The notes below the pieces were generated by a model that made no database searches, was not told where the DNA came from, and saw only the letters and a list, made by a program, of their open reading frames with translations. 64,000 nt of DNA from Lingula anatina. Taxonomy: Eukaryota; Animalia; Brachiopoda. Shown piece by piece: positions 13,802 through 28,100 of this stretch. The translations under genes and the position numbers were made by a program. The stretch lies in contig CM120645.1 of NCBI GenBank assembly GCA_051362555.1, forward strand, positions 14,818,001 through 14,882,000. Direction: 5' to 3'. Numbering within the stretch: position 1 is the first letter of the stretch; each line of letters opens with the position of its first letter.

Positions 13802-14508
13802 CTTGAAACTTGAAAATACACTATACTTTACCCCTCTCGACGTTTTAGAACTTCTTTCACAACATCTACCGGCCACTAGCCTCACGTTTCGAAAGGCATT
13901 TAGAGTTAATAAAAATAAAAATACGCAAAGGGCATATATTGTTTTGATGCTGACGTAGCTACCAAAACTTGGCAAAAAAACTTGAAACTTGAAAATACAC
14001 TATAGGACTTTACCCCTCTCGACGTTTTAGAACTTCTTTCATAACATCTACTAGCCTAACGTTTCGAAAGGCATTTAGAGTTAATAAAAAATAAATATAC
14101 GCAAAGGGTATCTATTGTTTTGATGCTGACGTAGCTACCAAAACTTGGCCAAAAAAACTTGAAACTTGAAAATACACTATACTTTACCCCTCTCAACGTT
14201 TTAGAACTTCTTTCACGACATCTACCGGCCACTAGCCTCACGTTTCGAAAGGCATTTAGAGTTAATAAAAAATAAAAATACACAAAGGGTATCTTTTGTT
14301 TTGATGCTGACGTAGCTACCAAAACTTGGCAAAAAAAATCTTGAAACTTGAAACTTTACCCCTCTCGACGTTTTAGAACTTCTTTCACAACATCTTCCGG
14401 CCACGAGCCTCATGTTTCGAAAGGCATTTAGAGTTAATAAAAAATAAAAATACGCAAAGGGTATCTATTGTTTTGATGCTGACGTAGCTACCAAAACTTG
14501 GCAAAAAA
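13802..14508. repeat. Tandem array, 4 copies of a ~170-180 bp unit
   Basis: Unit CTTGAAACTTGAAAATACAC...GCTGACGTAGCTACCAAAACTTGGCAAAAA starts at ~13802, 13981, 14158 and 14340. Confidence 0.95.
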
Positions 14509-15777
14509 GAAAAAGAAATATATCGAAAGTATTGTGGATGAGCAGGCACGTAGCCAGGGGGTTCAGGAGGGGTTCGGTTTTGCGGTTGGGACAGGTGGTG
14601 TCCCATGATGATATTACCATGCATAGTGTTGTAAAGTTTATAGCATACTTATACCTCTTCACTAATTTCAAGTAATGTGTAAAGAGGAATAAAATAAAAT
14701 AAAAATAATAGGGAGTTATTGAGAGCAAGTTTAATTTATTTAGAGTCAACAAGTGCACAAACTGTTTTATAATTAGACCTAGGAAAAGATGAATCAGGTA
14801 CGTCATTGTAGGCCTAACGTTTGCTTTCATTTGATTGGTGAATTTCACAACAGAATTGTAATTTTCTGTCATGTGCATAACACATGCTAACTGAGGTTTG
14901 GACATGATCCAAACATTAGCACTTCAAATAATATTTTAGATACTTTTAGTCTTAATTAAAGACAAGCATCTTAGGGATTCCCTAATAAGGAGATAGTGAA
15001 TGGAGGATATACATGTAAATACTCCCCTAGCAAAATAAGGCTCTGTTCTCACAACTTTTAGATCGATCTATCACCGCGGGGAGTCTCACTAGATTACTGT
15101 CAGATAATCCCCCTTAAGTGTCCGTCCCCGCCTACTACAAGCTTTAAGGGGTAATTAACTTTCGTGTCCGCCCGGCTGACAGCTATTTAGCGTGAACCCC
15201 CAGGGAGTTAGGTCGATCCAATGTAGGTCGATCTAATCTATGAGAATGGGGTGTAAGTGTCATCCCTAACGCAATGCGTAAAGTGATACAGAAAATCATG
15301 TCTTGAACCAATGTTTTTATTTACCTTCTGACAGGACGTTTTTCACAAAAATTACTGAATTAACTTACCCTAGAAAGGAAACCAAAGCCAAGTATTTTGT
15401 ACAGAATTTCTGGATTTGAGGAAAGCAGCTGTCGCGTCTAACCATGCCAATATAACAGCAGTAGTGCAGACGTCTTCTGACGGTAATTAAGCTCAGAAAC
15501 ATGATGTGCCCCAGACCTGTTCTTGTCACCCTGAGCTTCAGAGATAACTTGAGAGGTTAGTGTCAAGTTATATCTGAAGCTCAGGGTGGTTCTTGTGGAA
15601 TGTTGTGGTCAAGTTCCAAAATGTTATGAAGCTTTTTCTACGAGGAAGACTTATTTTAACATTCTCCCTTTTCAGAACGTGGTTGTCTTTGGTCGGCCTT
15701 ATACCCATGGGCCAGGTATTTTTGCCCTTGTGCCTGTGTGGTTATGATGCTGTCTATCGCTTTAAATGGTTCTCATA

Positions 15778-15930
15778 CAGTCCCGTAGCCAGGGGGGGGG
15801 GGTTCGGGGGGGGTCGTAAGAACCGCCCCTTTTGCTGGGAAAAGGTCCACTCTGGGTAAAATTTGATATATGTACATGAAGTTTTTATGGAAAAAGGTCC
15901 ACCCTTTTGACATCGCTGGCTACGGGCCTG
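15778..15930 (+). mobile_element. MITE with 15-bp TIRs (CAG-ended, hAT-like)
   Basis: CAGTCCCGTAGCCAG ... CTGGCTACGGGCCTG; second copy at 9074-9223 and a lone end at ~14543; no clear TSD. Confidence 0.7.
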
Positions 15931-18792
15931 TCCTACATGTAGAACAGCCCAACCTTCTGGCAAATCGGCGGGTCAAAACTCACTCCTACGTCAACCTCTA
16001 AGTAAAAAAAAAACGTATCCCTCTCACTTAAGGCCGCATATTAAAAATTAATTGGTGTTGAAGTATTTCAATGGTCATTATTCTACTACTCACGGTGACA
16101 TGATCTCTAATTTACGTGATAATCGGTTGCCTAGTTGTTGTGTAATACTATGGTAACCTTGTAGCAATGTATATAATTGCGGTAGAGAAGACACTTTTTG
16201 GTAGGGGAGGATATAGACTGTATAGAGTTACATATGGTGGACATGAACGAAGATGTACCATGTATATGTAGACAATCTAGATTTTAAGGTGAAAGAGTTT
16301 TATATATAAAAATAAACAAGAAAAAAGACCAGGTGCTTTCCATTAAGCACCCCCCCCCCCCCCCCCCGATTCAGCCAGGAATATGTACATGTATAATGCA
16401 AAACTCATCGTTAAAAATAGGCACCTTGTCCTTTAACTGTATTAATGCGACATCTAGGCAACATCTCAATTTGCTATATTTATATACCTTTGATGCCGTT
16501 TTGGAGATCATTTCACGCTCAATATGTTGTCCGTTATGGCTGATGCATTTGCAATAAGGCAATGCTGATCAAGAAGCCGTATAAAAATACACGTCTCTAT
16601 GTATAATATTGGCGTATGCACAAAAGATGCCTACTATTTCTAGGTTTTACAGCCAGCAGTTTCAATTTTTCTGTGAAAAAGATGTTTTCTCATTGACCCA
16701 ACTTGAAAAATGGCATAGAGCCTACAGTGTAAATCGAATTTTAAATCAGAGAGGACATTTCCGGCAAAAAGCGCTGTTCTTTCAACTCCCCTGAACCTTC
16801 CCCTACCTACTGCAAAGTATAGAAATATGTATATGTCATGGTTCAATTATCAAATAAGATATAAAACGTGATACTAAAGTCATGGTTGAGAGACATACGG
16901 ATTAACGATCTGTGGAGGACACATGGTTTATAAACTAGCATGAAGGGGGAATTCAGGTGGTGACTTTTTATTTGGGGGGGGGGGGGGGTACATGTACTAG
17001 TCATTTTTTAATAAGTTTACATGTCTGTCTGACGAGTACTGTGACCTGAGTTTTAGAATTCTGACGGAGGCCCTTCTCTGTAGATAGAATTCAGTGAATA
17101 ATACAAAGGCTATAGTGTATAAGTTGGATGACAAACCTTGACTTTGAGTGTGTGTGTGTGGGGGGTCGGGAATTTACAGCGTCGTCTCTCACGTGATTTT
17201 GAAGGATGTCTTTCCTTACTAATTCTGGCGTGATTTTTTTAATAGCTATTTTTTACATTTAATTGTGTATTTTAGGCACTGTGACTAATAGTGACATTGG
17301 GTCTAGCATACGATGAGTAAAAAACATGCCCACCCCAGCATATGCCACCTTACGTAATCCATATTAAAAGAGCACATGACATAAGCCCAGTTATATTTAG
17401 TCAAACTAAAAGTCCCCATGCAAGCTCACGGCAGATCTTAGCTTGTACTCTAAAATTGCAAGGAAAGAATGTACTTTGGGACCTCTGTGGTCGTCTGCGG
17501 TGGTTTCTGGAGGTCGCAGGCCATGGCGCATTGTGTTGGTGACAATTCGGCTGACGTAAGCGGTGTCACGTTTTGACTCAGAGAACATTTCAAAGACTTT
17601 CTCGGTTTCGGTTTCATCACTGAAGGACTGAAGGTTGTGTATTTAAAAAACTTTTTACTTTTTATGTCTTTCTTATCGATACGTTTTATTGAGTCAAATT
17701 CATTGATCACTTTATTTATTCAATTCATCTGTGACCAACATTTTATCTTTTACGTCGCAACACTCGAAAATTGTCCCTCCTATTGAACTCCGCATCTAAA
17801 ACCGCATTACATGCAGTACTGCCACACTATTTTATACGTTCAATTTACGAAGTAAAAACAAGCCTCGTGTAATCAACATTGCAGTTAGACGATATATGGA
17901 TGTAGACATATTTAATGCCCAATAAACTATTATTTTTTTATCTTTATTATTATCACTATATCAGAGTCAAAGAAATAGATAATTAGGACAACTCTGGATC
18001 AACACTGACGAACGAGATGGAGCACTATGGTCAGACTTTTACGTCAATTGCCAATGTAAAGACAGAATAACGCGTATCTTCTCTGACCAGCTAGAATCAT
18101 GAAGGAGGAGTGCCATGGGCAAATGTGAAATTTCGAGAAAGAATTTCAAAGAAAGAATTAAAACAAAGTGGCAGAAATACGCTTTACTTACTCGAAATCG
18201 CCAATTAGTCACTCGTAAATTTCGGGTCAATAACTCAAAAGTTCGAATTAGTTATCTTAAAATATGCATTTATTAAGTCGAAATTTCAAAATAAAATAAA
18301 TACAAAGTGGCCGTAATACGTATCTGTGAAGTGCACTTGTTGTAAATAGTGATTAACAGATGGGCCTTTAGCAATAACCAACGCTATAATTAATCTTGAA
18401 AGTTCACTTGACTTAACTACATGGAAAAATAAAAGCACCCACCGAAAATGAAAATTTCTAAAAGGGGGCGACGTTAACATGTTGCTGAATCTGCATCCCC
18501 CAATTTCCCTCCTCATGTTGACAGCCGATGACCGTCAATGCACCGTGAGTAGCGCCATGGGCTGAGATCACGCCACCAAGTGCGTTGTGCGTCTGTCCTG
18601 TTGCCAAGTGATGATTAAGACAGGGTGTAGGCTAAACCCCGTGACCATGTTGAAACAATAACTAAAAGTGAATCAGGAAAAAGTTTCCAAATCATAACAG
18701 GAAAGTGATGAGGCATAAAGCGCCGTATAAACGAACTGTGAATTGTGTTTTAGAATCAAAGTAAAAAGAGACGTGGTGACTGTAGACTCGGA

Positions 18793-20988
18793 ATGCATAT
18801 TAGGGGCTATACTTGTTTTATGATTACTTTTCTCTGTGCGGGTATTACTGGGTACAGTATTCCGCAATCTGTAACTTCTCACATATCCTGCGAGTTGAGA
18901 GAACAAGTTGAAGTGCGCCAGGAAGGGACGCCGTTCAGGATTTACGTGAGCCAGTCCCATTATACCCCAGGGGAAAGTTTGGAAGGTAACTGTTTTCTGT
19001 TTATCTTTTTAGCTTTTCTTTCTTTCTTTCTTTCTTTCTTTCTTTTTAAATATCATTCTGTTCATCTTTTTATCTTTTCTTCCTATCTTTGTTCAAATAC
19101 CATTGCCCCGATTTTGTCTTTCACGTTAAAACGATCAGAAATTGCCCCAAAAAAAGACAATCAAAATTTACATTGTGTTATATTTTAAGTATTTTTATAG
19201 TAGAGCTGCATGTATGCCGATATGTAAGGCAGTTTAAAAAAACAAATGGGTATTACAATGGAAAGAATGCACGACTTTGACTAAAGTTAATGGCAAAATA
19301 GAAAAAAATCTCGGAAAAAATGTTCCAGTAAAATACATCTTGGCTATCTTTTGAAACTTTACCGATAATGACCCATGTTTAAAAGTTCAAATTGCACATA
19401 CACTAAATCGTTCGTGGATATATTGTCCCCGAGAGAAACGTGCACGATTTGGTGCTCAGGTTGTAACAATTTATCGTGTTTTAAAATTTTGGTTTTTTGC
19501 ACCAGGGTCTTTAAATCATACTACTCTCATCAACAGAAAATTAAAACGCCACATTTGGACACGAAAAAACGTGACTACTTACGTACATTATTTTGAAAAG
19601 GTGATGAGACTATTTCGGCTCCACTGTACAAAGATGAATTTGTGCTGGTTTGCTCACGATACACCAAGCTGTTAACGAAATAAATGACTTGCATGTTACT
19701 CGTTTTTTTTTTTCGTACATAAACTTTTTACATATTTTGTTTGAAATTAAGTTAATCTCTTGACGCTCGAGAAAACTTCCCAGTAAAATTTAGATTTTTT
19801 ATTGAATAATTCAATTGTTAAGTTAATGACTATTTAACGTTCCAATATTTCATTTTCCTTTAGTTATGGTCAAGGCTACCGGGGGCGCCTCTTTTACAGC
19901 AGTTGTCATGGAGGCACATTTACGTACCTGCGACTTCTCCGAACATACAACCATCGGCGCTTTTAATGGTGACGATGCCTTACGACTGTTAAATTGTGAG
20001 GGGATAGCTGTAAGTAATGGGAGCTGCCTTCTTTCTCCTGTTTTTGGTCGTCTGTAGCGGAATCTCAATGATACGATTCAGTACACATGTAGTAAAATAT
20101 TGTAAAGTTGTACTGGATTTTATAATCAGATGTGCATATTAAATGAGCTTTCTCTGAAATAATTGTGTAAGTGTAGCGCTTGATGGAAAACGAAATGAAA
20201 TTTCACTCGGTTTGTTATGAAGTAATTTATTACATAACAGCGTTTCGCATTTTGTTGATAAAATGATCTTTTATGAATTTGGCGCTAACCACCAAACTAC
20301 ACGTGAAAGTCGGGTTTTTATAAGATAAAAAATTATAAACATGAGTCAGTGCCCATTAACCCAATAGTCGGTTCAAATATCTATGTTTTATTTCAGTCTC
20401 ACGCGGTTTTCCTCACTAAAAATGGAGCCCAGGAAAAGACGTTTAAATGGACAGCTCCGAGAAATATTACCAGGTTAATAGAATTCAGGTAAATGTCAGT
20501 TTTGTTCGAGCTCTACGTGTACTCGTTGTACCAAACAACTGAGGCGTCTGATATAATAAAATCTACTTAACATCACCGCAAAAATAATGATAGTAAAAAT
20601 GTATGGATTTTAATGAGTAAACTAGTGAAATAATGCAGCATTTGCCAAACAGTTATAGTTTATGATAGGCAGATGTATAAGATAATATTGTCCTTTAAAC
20701 ATACAATGTCATCAGAAAAATCGGTTAATCAGTACAATAGTATTTTACCCTTATACGCTTCTTTTCTATAGTGCTATGATATTGGAAACGAACGGAACGG
20801 ATCAGGATTGGAGAACAGTGAAATCAGCGGCCATAGGAAATATATCCATGTATGTAAAAGACGAACTATGTCCTGAAACTCCTCTGTCGAACAGCAGTTC
20901 AATGAACATCGGGTCCCCAATATACAGTATCGGTCTCTATCCAATCGTGACATTCATCTTGATGCATTTGTTGACCAAATGGCTATGA
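18793..20988 (+). CDS. Secreted, probably GPI-anchored Reeler-domain protein
   Basis: Exons 18793-18985, 19864-20009, 20397-20488, 20772-20988 join in frame. Signal-peptide-like N-terminus; Reeler-like motifs PFRIYVSQSHYTPGESLEV, IGAF, FKWTAP...IEFSA; Ser-rich spacer and hydrophobic C-terminus. Confidence 0.75.
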
Positions 20989-22692
20989 CGTTGTTGACGC
21001 ATTTACTATGACATTGACGTTATAATGGACGTGATGGTGATGTCTGGATTTGTGAAACACATTGTTCTCTCCGTTTAGTCTGCGAACATGAATGTAAATT
21101 GCCTGTCATGTTTTCACCAGATGTCTCGGGGATTTATTTATTGTTATTTTTCCATTTCTCGAAAAAAAGGTGAAGATGTGAAGTAATTTTTTATCAAACG
21201 TAATTGATTTCCAACGAAAAAGTGGGTTGGTATTTTTTATTTATTTATTTATTTATTTGTTCATAACTTGTACAGCTAGTAATGTGTGTATCCATTGTCT
21301 TTTTCTATATCATCTATTTTTTTTTTCTAAAGAGGCCAGTTATTGTAAGATATGTAAATAATGTATTTGATATATGGTAAAAATTAAGGATAATAAATAT
21401 CACTAAATACCTGTCCTTTCTTGTTTTTTACTTCAATGAACAAAGAATCCGAAATTCAGTCCTACGTGTTTTGATTTCAAAAAGGAGTTAAAAACATGTT
21501 TCCAGTTCGCAAGTCAGAATATCCCACACGTGCTATTTTATATGTTCCTATTTTTTGTATCCCCTCTTTCAAAATTCTGAAAAAAAATTTTTTTCCAATA
21601 CTTAAAAAACTTCTTAGTATTATCTATGTGCAAAATACACGTATTTGAGACTCCACGAGGAACATCGGAATAGACCGAATCAAGGAAGTGCTATTATTTA
21701 AAAATTGTTTTTGAATTTTCAACAAACGAAGGTATCAACAACTTTTTAGTCTTTAACTACTGTATATACATATGATGGGGAATAATGATAATAAAATACA
21801 AAATATGAGTCGGAGACATATTTACATGTAGACAAGGCCCTACAGGTATATAAAATTTTGATACAGCTTGTCAAACTGTATTTTATGGAGAAGGCAGATA
21901 AACCGTTATTCAGTATTCTAAGAGGCTCTTTTGGAGCAATGAAACAACTTCATTGTTTTATTTGTTAGAGGATAGGCTAGAAGAAAAAAGATGCCATTAA
22001 CCATATGGATTAGCACATTGGCTGTTGCACTTCAAAATGAATCAATATACGTTTATACATGTGCATGCATACCTAAACTGCATGTATGTGGTACATGTAT
22101 GCATTCAGATGGAAAACCGTTCTGAGCTAATAAGTCCTTAAATCATACATATACAACCCACAAAAAATGAATTCGAACAAGCACACTGCCAACAGTAAAA
22201 ACAGCGAAGAAAAATGTAATTTCCTCCTGGAAAGTCATTTTGTCATCAGCAAAATCTAAACTCTCAAGCTCTAATGAGTAATAAAAACAATAGCTGAATC
22301 AGTGTTCGAAAATTACAATTACATCATAGGTATTCGGTTTCGCAAGGCCAACCACAATGAAATGTCAAAGAAGTTTCTCGTGACTATACAGATGAAATAG
22401 GGACTTTTTTTACTTTTACAGGGGTTTCTACAGGGTCATCCAAAGAGACTTTTCTGCAGAAGACTGGACGATGGAGAGGGATTTGAGCAGTATTTGGCAT
22501 TGCTTTTTTTTTCTTTTTATAGAATTGGACATTTTCAACAGGAAAAGGAAGGATAAGTGCTACAAATGAGGATTCCTGTCATCAAAATTCACGCAAACGC
22601 CATATCTTGTTAAAACAACGAAGGGCTTAATTTGAATACTCCTCAGAGCATGTAAATATATGGAAATGTAGTATTGTTCTAATCTGCCATTA

Positions 22693-22693
<1 letters not shown>

Positions 22694-22740
<47 letters not shown>
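22694..22740. repeat. (ATT)n microsatellite
   Basis: Direct reading. Confidence 0.9.
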
Positions 22741-23202
22741 GTTGTAATTACTTATGACATATCCCTTTATCAACAATGCTGATAAACAAAGTGTTGCTAA
22801 TATAATTTTTTCCTCCTTAATGCACAGACAAAAAATAAATAAATAAATAAATAAATAAATAAATTAATTAATTAATTAATGTGACAAAACGAACGATAAA
22901 AATTCCACTGTGAACTTATAAAATAGAAATGTATAAAAAGTAAGTGTCAAAGAATGTGCACTGTGATGTGTTAGATGTGCTGAACTGAGTGTGTCGTGAT
23001 GTGCTGTGAGACTACGCTCCCATTGTTTTCGTTTACAGAGACAAACTGTCTCCAGACGGTTTCAAAATGTCGACAGCAAGTCTTGTTACAAGAGACCTTT
23101 CTGAGTGTATAGGCACAGTAAATATATCTTCACTCTTAGGCTTACAATTAAGTCAGAACGTGGTTATTTCATCTACTGTCTGTATTTTCGTTGTTTAGCA
23201 AA

Positions 23203-23255
23203 AAAATAAAATAAAATAAAATAAAATAAAATAAAATAAAATAAAATAAATAAAT
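23203..23255. repeat. (AAAAT)n microsatellite
   Basis: Direct reading. Confidence 0.9.
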
Positions 23256-23635
23256 AAAAAGAAAGGAAAAAAGGACCTAAAATTGCTAATCACCCTTAAT
23301 TAATGCACACATAAACAGTAAAGCAGAAAACCAACAGACATTATGTAACATAAAACATTTTGTAGATTGGGATAGTCAGAAGAAAAGTTTTACGATCTTG
23401 AGTTAAGCGGGATAGACCCATTAAATCTCAATAAAATCAATAGAATTAGAACAAGCACCAACAAATGAACCAAAAACTTAACTAGGAATTAAAAGCTGTG
23501 GGGGAAGTCAAGGGTGGGTTTCTAGCATCTTTCAAACCCAAGAATAAATGCCTAATAAACAACCATCAGAGGCTAGGGGTGCATTATATTTACCACACAC
23601 AAGGCTACACACAGGCGCGCGTGCATGCTCGCACG

Positions 23636-23655
23636 CACACACACACACATAGGGC

Positions 23656-23694
<39 letters not shown>
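23636..23694. repeat. (CA)n microsatellite, interrupted
   Basis: Direct reading. Confidence 0.9.
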
Positions 23695-23696
<2 letters not shown>

Positions 23697-23837
23697 CAGA
23701 CACACTTACCCTACCCAGTATTATATAAGAAGAGTTTAGTTTGAACGTCAGCTCGTATCCTATACAGACACGCCATTTCTGTCTTTCTTATAAATAGCAT
23801 TTTTAAAAAACGGAGTATTGTATTATAAGGCCCTCAG

Positions 23838-24118
23838 CGGAACCGGAAATTGCGTCACCAGAACGCGTCGGGGGTTCCCCATCGTCACTGCGTCGTTAAG
23901 CTCGACACTGCGGGTTGCTAGCCCCGCGTCTGGGAAAAAATAAGCCTCATACCAAGGAAAGCTTGTGTACTGCCAGTTCCATGTAAGTAGTTTGGTTTAC
24001 TTAGATTTTAAGACTATATTTAAATGGAAATTATAACAGATTGAATATGAGGCAAGCTATATTTGGTGGTTTTAATTGTTGAAAAGTTGTCCTCATTTGT
24101 ATCGTTTGGGGATTCCCC
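23838..24118 (+). promoter_or_regulatory. Putative promoter and non-coding first exon of the TIR gene, with two NF-kappaB sites
   Basis: CpG-rich patch with GCGGAACCGGAAAT (ETS-like), TGCGTCA, GGGGGTTCCCC (23870-23880), donor CAT|GTAAGT at 23983, and GGGGATTCCCC (24108-24118). Confidence 0.55.
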
Positions 24119-24793
24119 TTTCTTACACACCTCTTTACTGACGCAATTTCTCTCGTGGACTTACGTTTTTAAAGAATAAAATTGCAAGTGAACAGGGCGT
24201 GATTTGACATATCAGTATAGTGTATTGGTCATTATATGACATGTGCATATTCCAATTGCGTTTACTTAGGAATAAATTGTATTGTTTTATCTCACTTAAC
24301 ATACTTGCAGATTGGGCGAATATTGGTTTGTTTTCTTGTTTACCCATGTGAAAAATCTATGAAAGGATTGCATGTGTGTCAAAAATTAGTTTGCCTCTGT
24401 ACAGGCCTGTTGTTAAAAAGGGAACATGCAGCGAATAACGGAATTCGTTGAGTTGGTTTAGGCCCTATTTACCCGCCATTCAGGTCTTGTTAGTGGTTTA
24501 TATTCGCCTTGTAAAGTCCTGTACTTCAGATGTAGGCCCTATAGGCGGGTGAAAAATAAGTGAAACTGTCTAAATCTGATCAAGCGTGGTTTATCATGTA
24601 GTATTTAATATTGTGTGTTTGTAAGTGTGTGTGCATGGGGGGTATGTGTGTCTATATAGTAAGCTTCCAGGGTCTTTTCAATCTCTTCGACTAATCGTCT
24701 TGCATTTTGAAGTCAAATTGAAGCATAATTTATTCCCTGACAAAATAGGGCTTTACTCAATTTATGTCTAGCCTAGGCTAGATGATATCTTGG

Positions 24794-24808
24794 CTGGGGT
24801 GGCGCTAG

Positions 24809-24853
<45 letters not shown>

Positions 24854-25031
24854 TTTAGCCAAAGTGCTACTTTTTCATCACTTTTTTTTCTTCAAATGGC
24901 TTAAATTTGACTAAAACAAGTCAAATCAACTGTATTTTGTTTAGCCAATTTTTAAATTGTCAAAATTGTTAAATTGTTAAAATGTCAGTTTAAGCATGTG
25001 GCTAAATTGGCAAGTGTTAGCGCTACCCCAG
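24794..25031. mobile_element. MITE with 17-bp TIRs and 5-bp TSD
   Basis: CTTGG|CTGGGGTGGCGCTAGCA ... TGTTAGCGCTACCCCAG|CTTGG; internal T40 run. Confidence 0.75.
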
Positions 25032-25197
25032 CTTGGTTCCTACATATAGGTCTAAATCATTTTCAATGATTTGGGGTTTTAGGGAAAATATATTTTAAAG
25101 AAAGAAAGAAAAGAAATAGGAACAGATATACCTTTTTATTTTATTAATATCTGAAACACATAGTGGGTTACATAATTCGATTATATTCAATTACAGA

Positions 25198-28100
25198 ATG
25201 GAGGTCTCTGATCTTTCTACGGGAACTGACAATCTCTCCCTGAGTGAGATGGACATATCTTTATCTGATGACAACACAACACCAAAAGTTGACAATGATA
25301 CTAACGGATCTTTAGAGGACGGCAATGCAACGGAACCTATGTAAGTAAACTACTGATTTTTTTTTAATTTAGCGACCATCGTCTATGTATATTCTTTCCC
25401 ATGTGTGTGATTAAGATATTTTAAAAATTAGGTATTAAGTAAAATTCACATTTAGCACATTCTGTGATTGAATGGTATTACTGTGCTTTTTAATGAGTAC
25501 ATAACCAGAGAAAATAATATAATTCATGAAAGCTGAATCACATTTACGCTGTATAATCATGTATTGAAAATCAGTCAAACATTCGGTCTGTTCACTAGAT
25601 CTTTGTCACGACATTGTCCATGTATAAATGTGTCATTTTTCTTTTGTTTATTTATTTTTCTTATCGAGGTTGTATTCGTGTATGTGAACAAATAGGGAAA
25701 TATATAAATTGGTTAATTAGTAAATTTATTATCATTTTCAGTCATTTTCATTATTATCATATTTTTTTCAAATTATACACCCAAACCCAATATACAGGTG
25801 CAATTGATGTCACAGGCATGCTCTTTAAACTATTTAGTGCATAGATTGCAAGCTATGGGCCCCACATGAACAAAACTGTATCAAAGTTTCACTCTCCTGG
25901 AACCAGGAACAATAAAAAATAATTCATCGTCTATCCCCAAAATGGAACATACACATGTACGTTACTGTCACAAATGCAAAACGCCCAGCTTTGAAACGTT
26001 TTACTCATTTGAAAATGCGATTATCACTGGTTTTGTTCTTTGATTCATCTCCTACAGGTAAAAAAACTATAATAATCTTCTGTATAGAGCAGTTTACTGT
26101 TTTTGAGTGACTTTAGTTTGCTTGTCACTGAATATTTAAAAAATGGGTAAAATACACCCTACCTACAGTAAAATAAGCATTAAATAACTTTTTCCCCTCA
26201 TGATCCAAATATTATATCAGAAATGTCAAACAATCATGGAATCACAATACTTTCTATTGCACCAATTGCAAGTACATAAACAAAAACTTTTTGATAATTT
26301 TTCTAGGGAACATATGTAACCAGTGATACTAACCAGTGATACGTAACGTAGTGTTAGCCATGCCGCAAAGCACCTTGAGTTATAGTTTTAATAAATATAA
26401 GCATTAGCCTACATCCTTACGTCATGTATAATTTACCATGACTAAAACACTACAAAATATATCGGAACGCAGTAAAAGAATTTAAGTTTAATGACCCGGA
26501 ACATGTACGTTACCATACGTTTCCAGAAGATACGTTACCTTTAAATGTTGAGACATGGTAAAATTAAAGTTTGAATTAAAATTGAGACTTTTGTTCTATA
26601 CATGTGTATGTTTAAAAAAATTGAATACAACTTTGAATTCATTCAAATTTATTTTGGACACTTCAGCATGCGAAATGCACCTCTATATTGGGTCTGGGTG
26701 TATAACGTTGCAATGACGGTGTTATAATTAAGGAGTTGCGTTCGTCTTTCTAGGTGTGTGCTTCCTCGAGAAAAATATCACGCATTTTTGGCTCATAGTA
26801 ATACTGATGCTAAGTTTGTGGAAAGTATCATGGACACATTGGAGAAAAGAGGAATCAGTTGCTGCTATTCCAAAAGAGATTTCCGCCTAGGTACTTCAAC
26901 GGTGTCTTGTATTAATGAAGCTCTGGACAGGAGCAAGTTTGTTATCTGTTTTCTTTCAAAAGATTTTCTTACAAGTCCTTGGTGCAAGCATGAAAGAGAA
27001 TTGGCGTTGCATAAAGCTGCCGAGACGAGTGAAGACATTGTCGTCCCTATCCTGATGGACGCGTCTGTTGAAGATTTGCCCTTGAATATACGGCGCTTAA
27101 CTCATATCAGACGCGAGGACATCGATTTTGAGAAGTTGTCTTTTTCGCTTGGATGTGAGTATTGCATTAAGTACAGATTATTGGTATATTTTTAGAGCTT
27201 TTTTTATTTTCTAGCCACTTAACAATAGTAAATAACAGAAGTTAAACCAGAATAAGTAAATGAAAATATAAATAACATTTGAGCACTGATGCATTGTTTT
27301 GATCACGTTATTGATGCCAAACAGATATGTCATAACTGAAACAAGAATTCTGCGGTATAAAGTTGGGGCCCAAGGAAACAATGTCTTTCTTCACACAGGA
27401 ATTTGGAACTGTAGACGGGGACAAATAATGCTGTAAATGTGTTTTATTTTGTTATGTTTCGCTTGTGATCATATTTTAAGAGAGGGAGAAGGACCTTGGA
27501 GGTACAAATTTACCCAGCTAAGGGGGCAAGCTTTACCTACTGTAATTGTGAAAAAGACTAGAACAATACACACGACACTGGCTATTTCTTGAAAAGATTT
27601 TTGAAAAGTCCTGGCAAAATGCTCAGGTGTATTTAAGAAATCAAAACGGCGCATTTTTCTATGCAACATTGCTTATATTTTCAGTTCCAGAGGGAAACTC
27701 CCGTCCAACGTACATTGATCTTGAGACTGCTAACGCAGAACTGAAGACCAAGTTGGAGGATGCTCAGATCAATTTGAAGGATGCTCAGATTGAGTTGGAG
27801 GATGCTCAGAAATTAATCAAAATAAAAGATGACGCCTTGATTCAGCAGCAAATGCACATCAAGCAGTGCGAAGATAAGGTGAGCCAGCATGAATCTGCAA
27901 TGGCTGCCATGAAACTACGGTGTCACGATCTTCAGCAGAGACTAGATAGAAGAGATGCCGAGCTAAAAGAAATGAAGACCAAGTTGGATCATTGTCTGAA
28001 TGAGGATGAAAATAAGCAACAACAAATGAGTGATTCAGCTCTTACGACCACCGTTGAAGATTTACCGGAAAAGCAGATTGGCGACATCCAAACCGATCCT

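Noticed and set aside
13751-14905. Several similar short ORFs; possible CRISPR-like array
   Set aside because: They come from the ~175-bp tandem repeat; there are no unique spacers, no cas genes, and the context is eukaryotic
17340-17562. Possible upstream non-coding exon of the Reeler gene (donor GAC|GTAAGC)
   Set aside because: Plausible, but cannot be supported without transcripts; the ORFs here have no recognisable product
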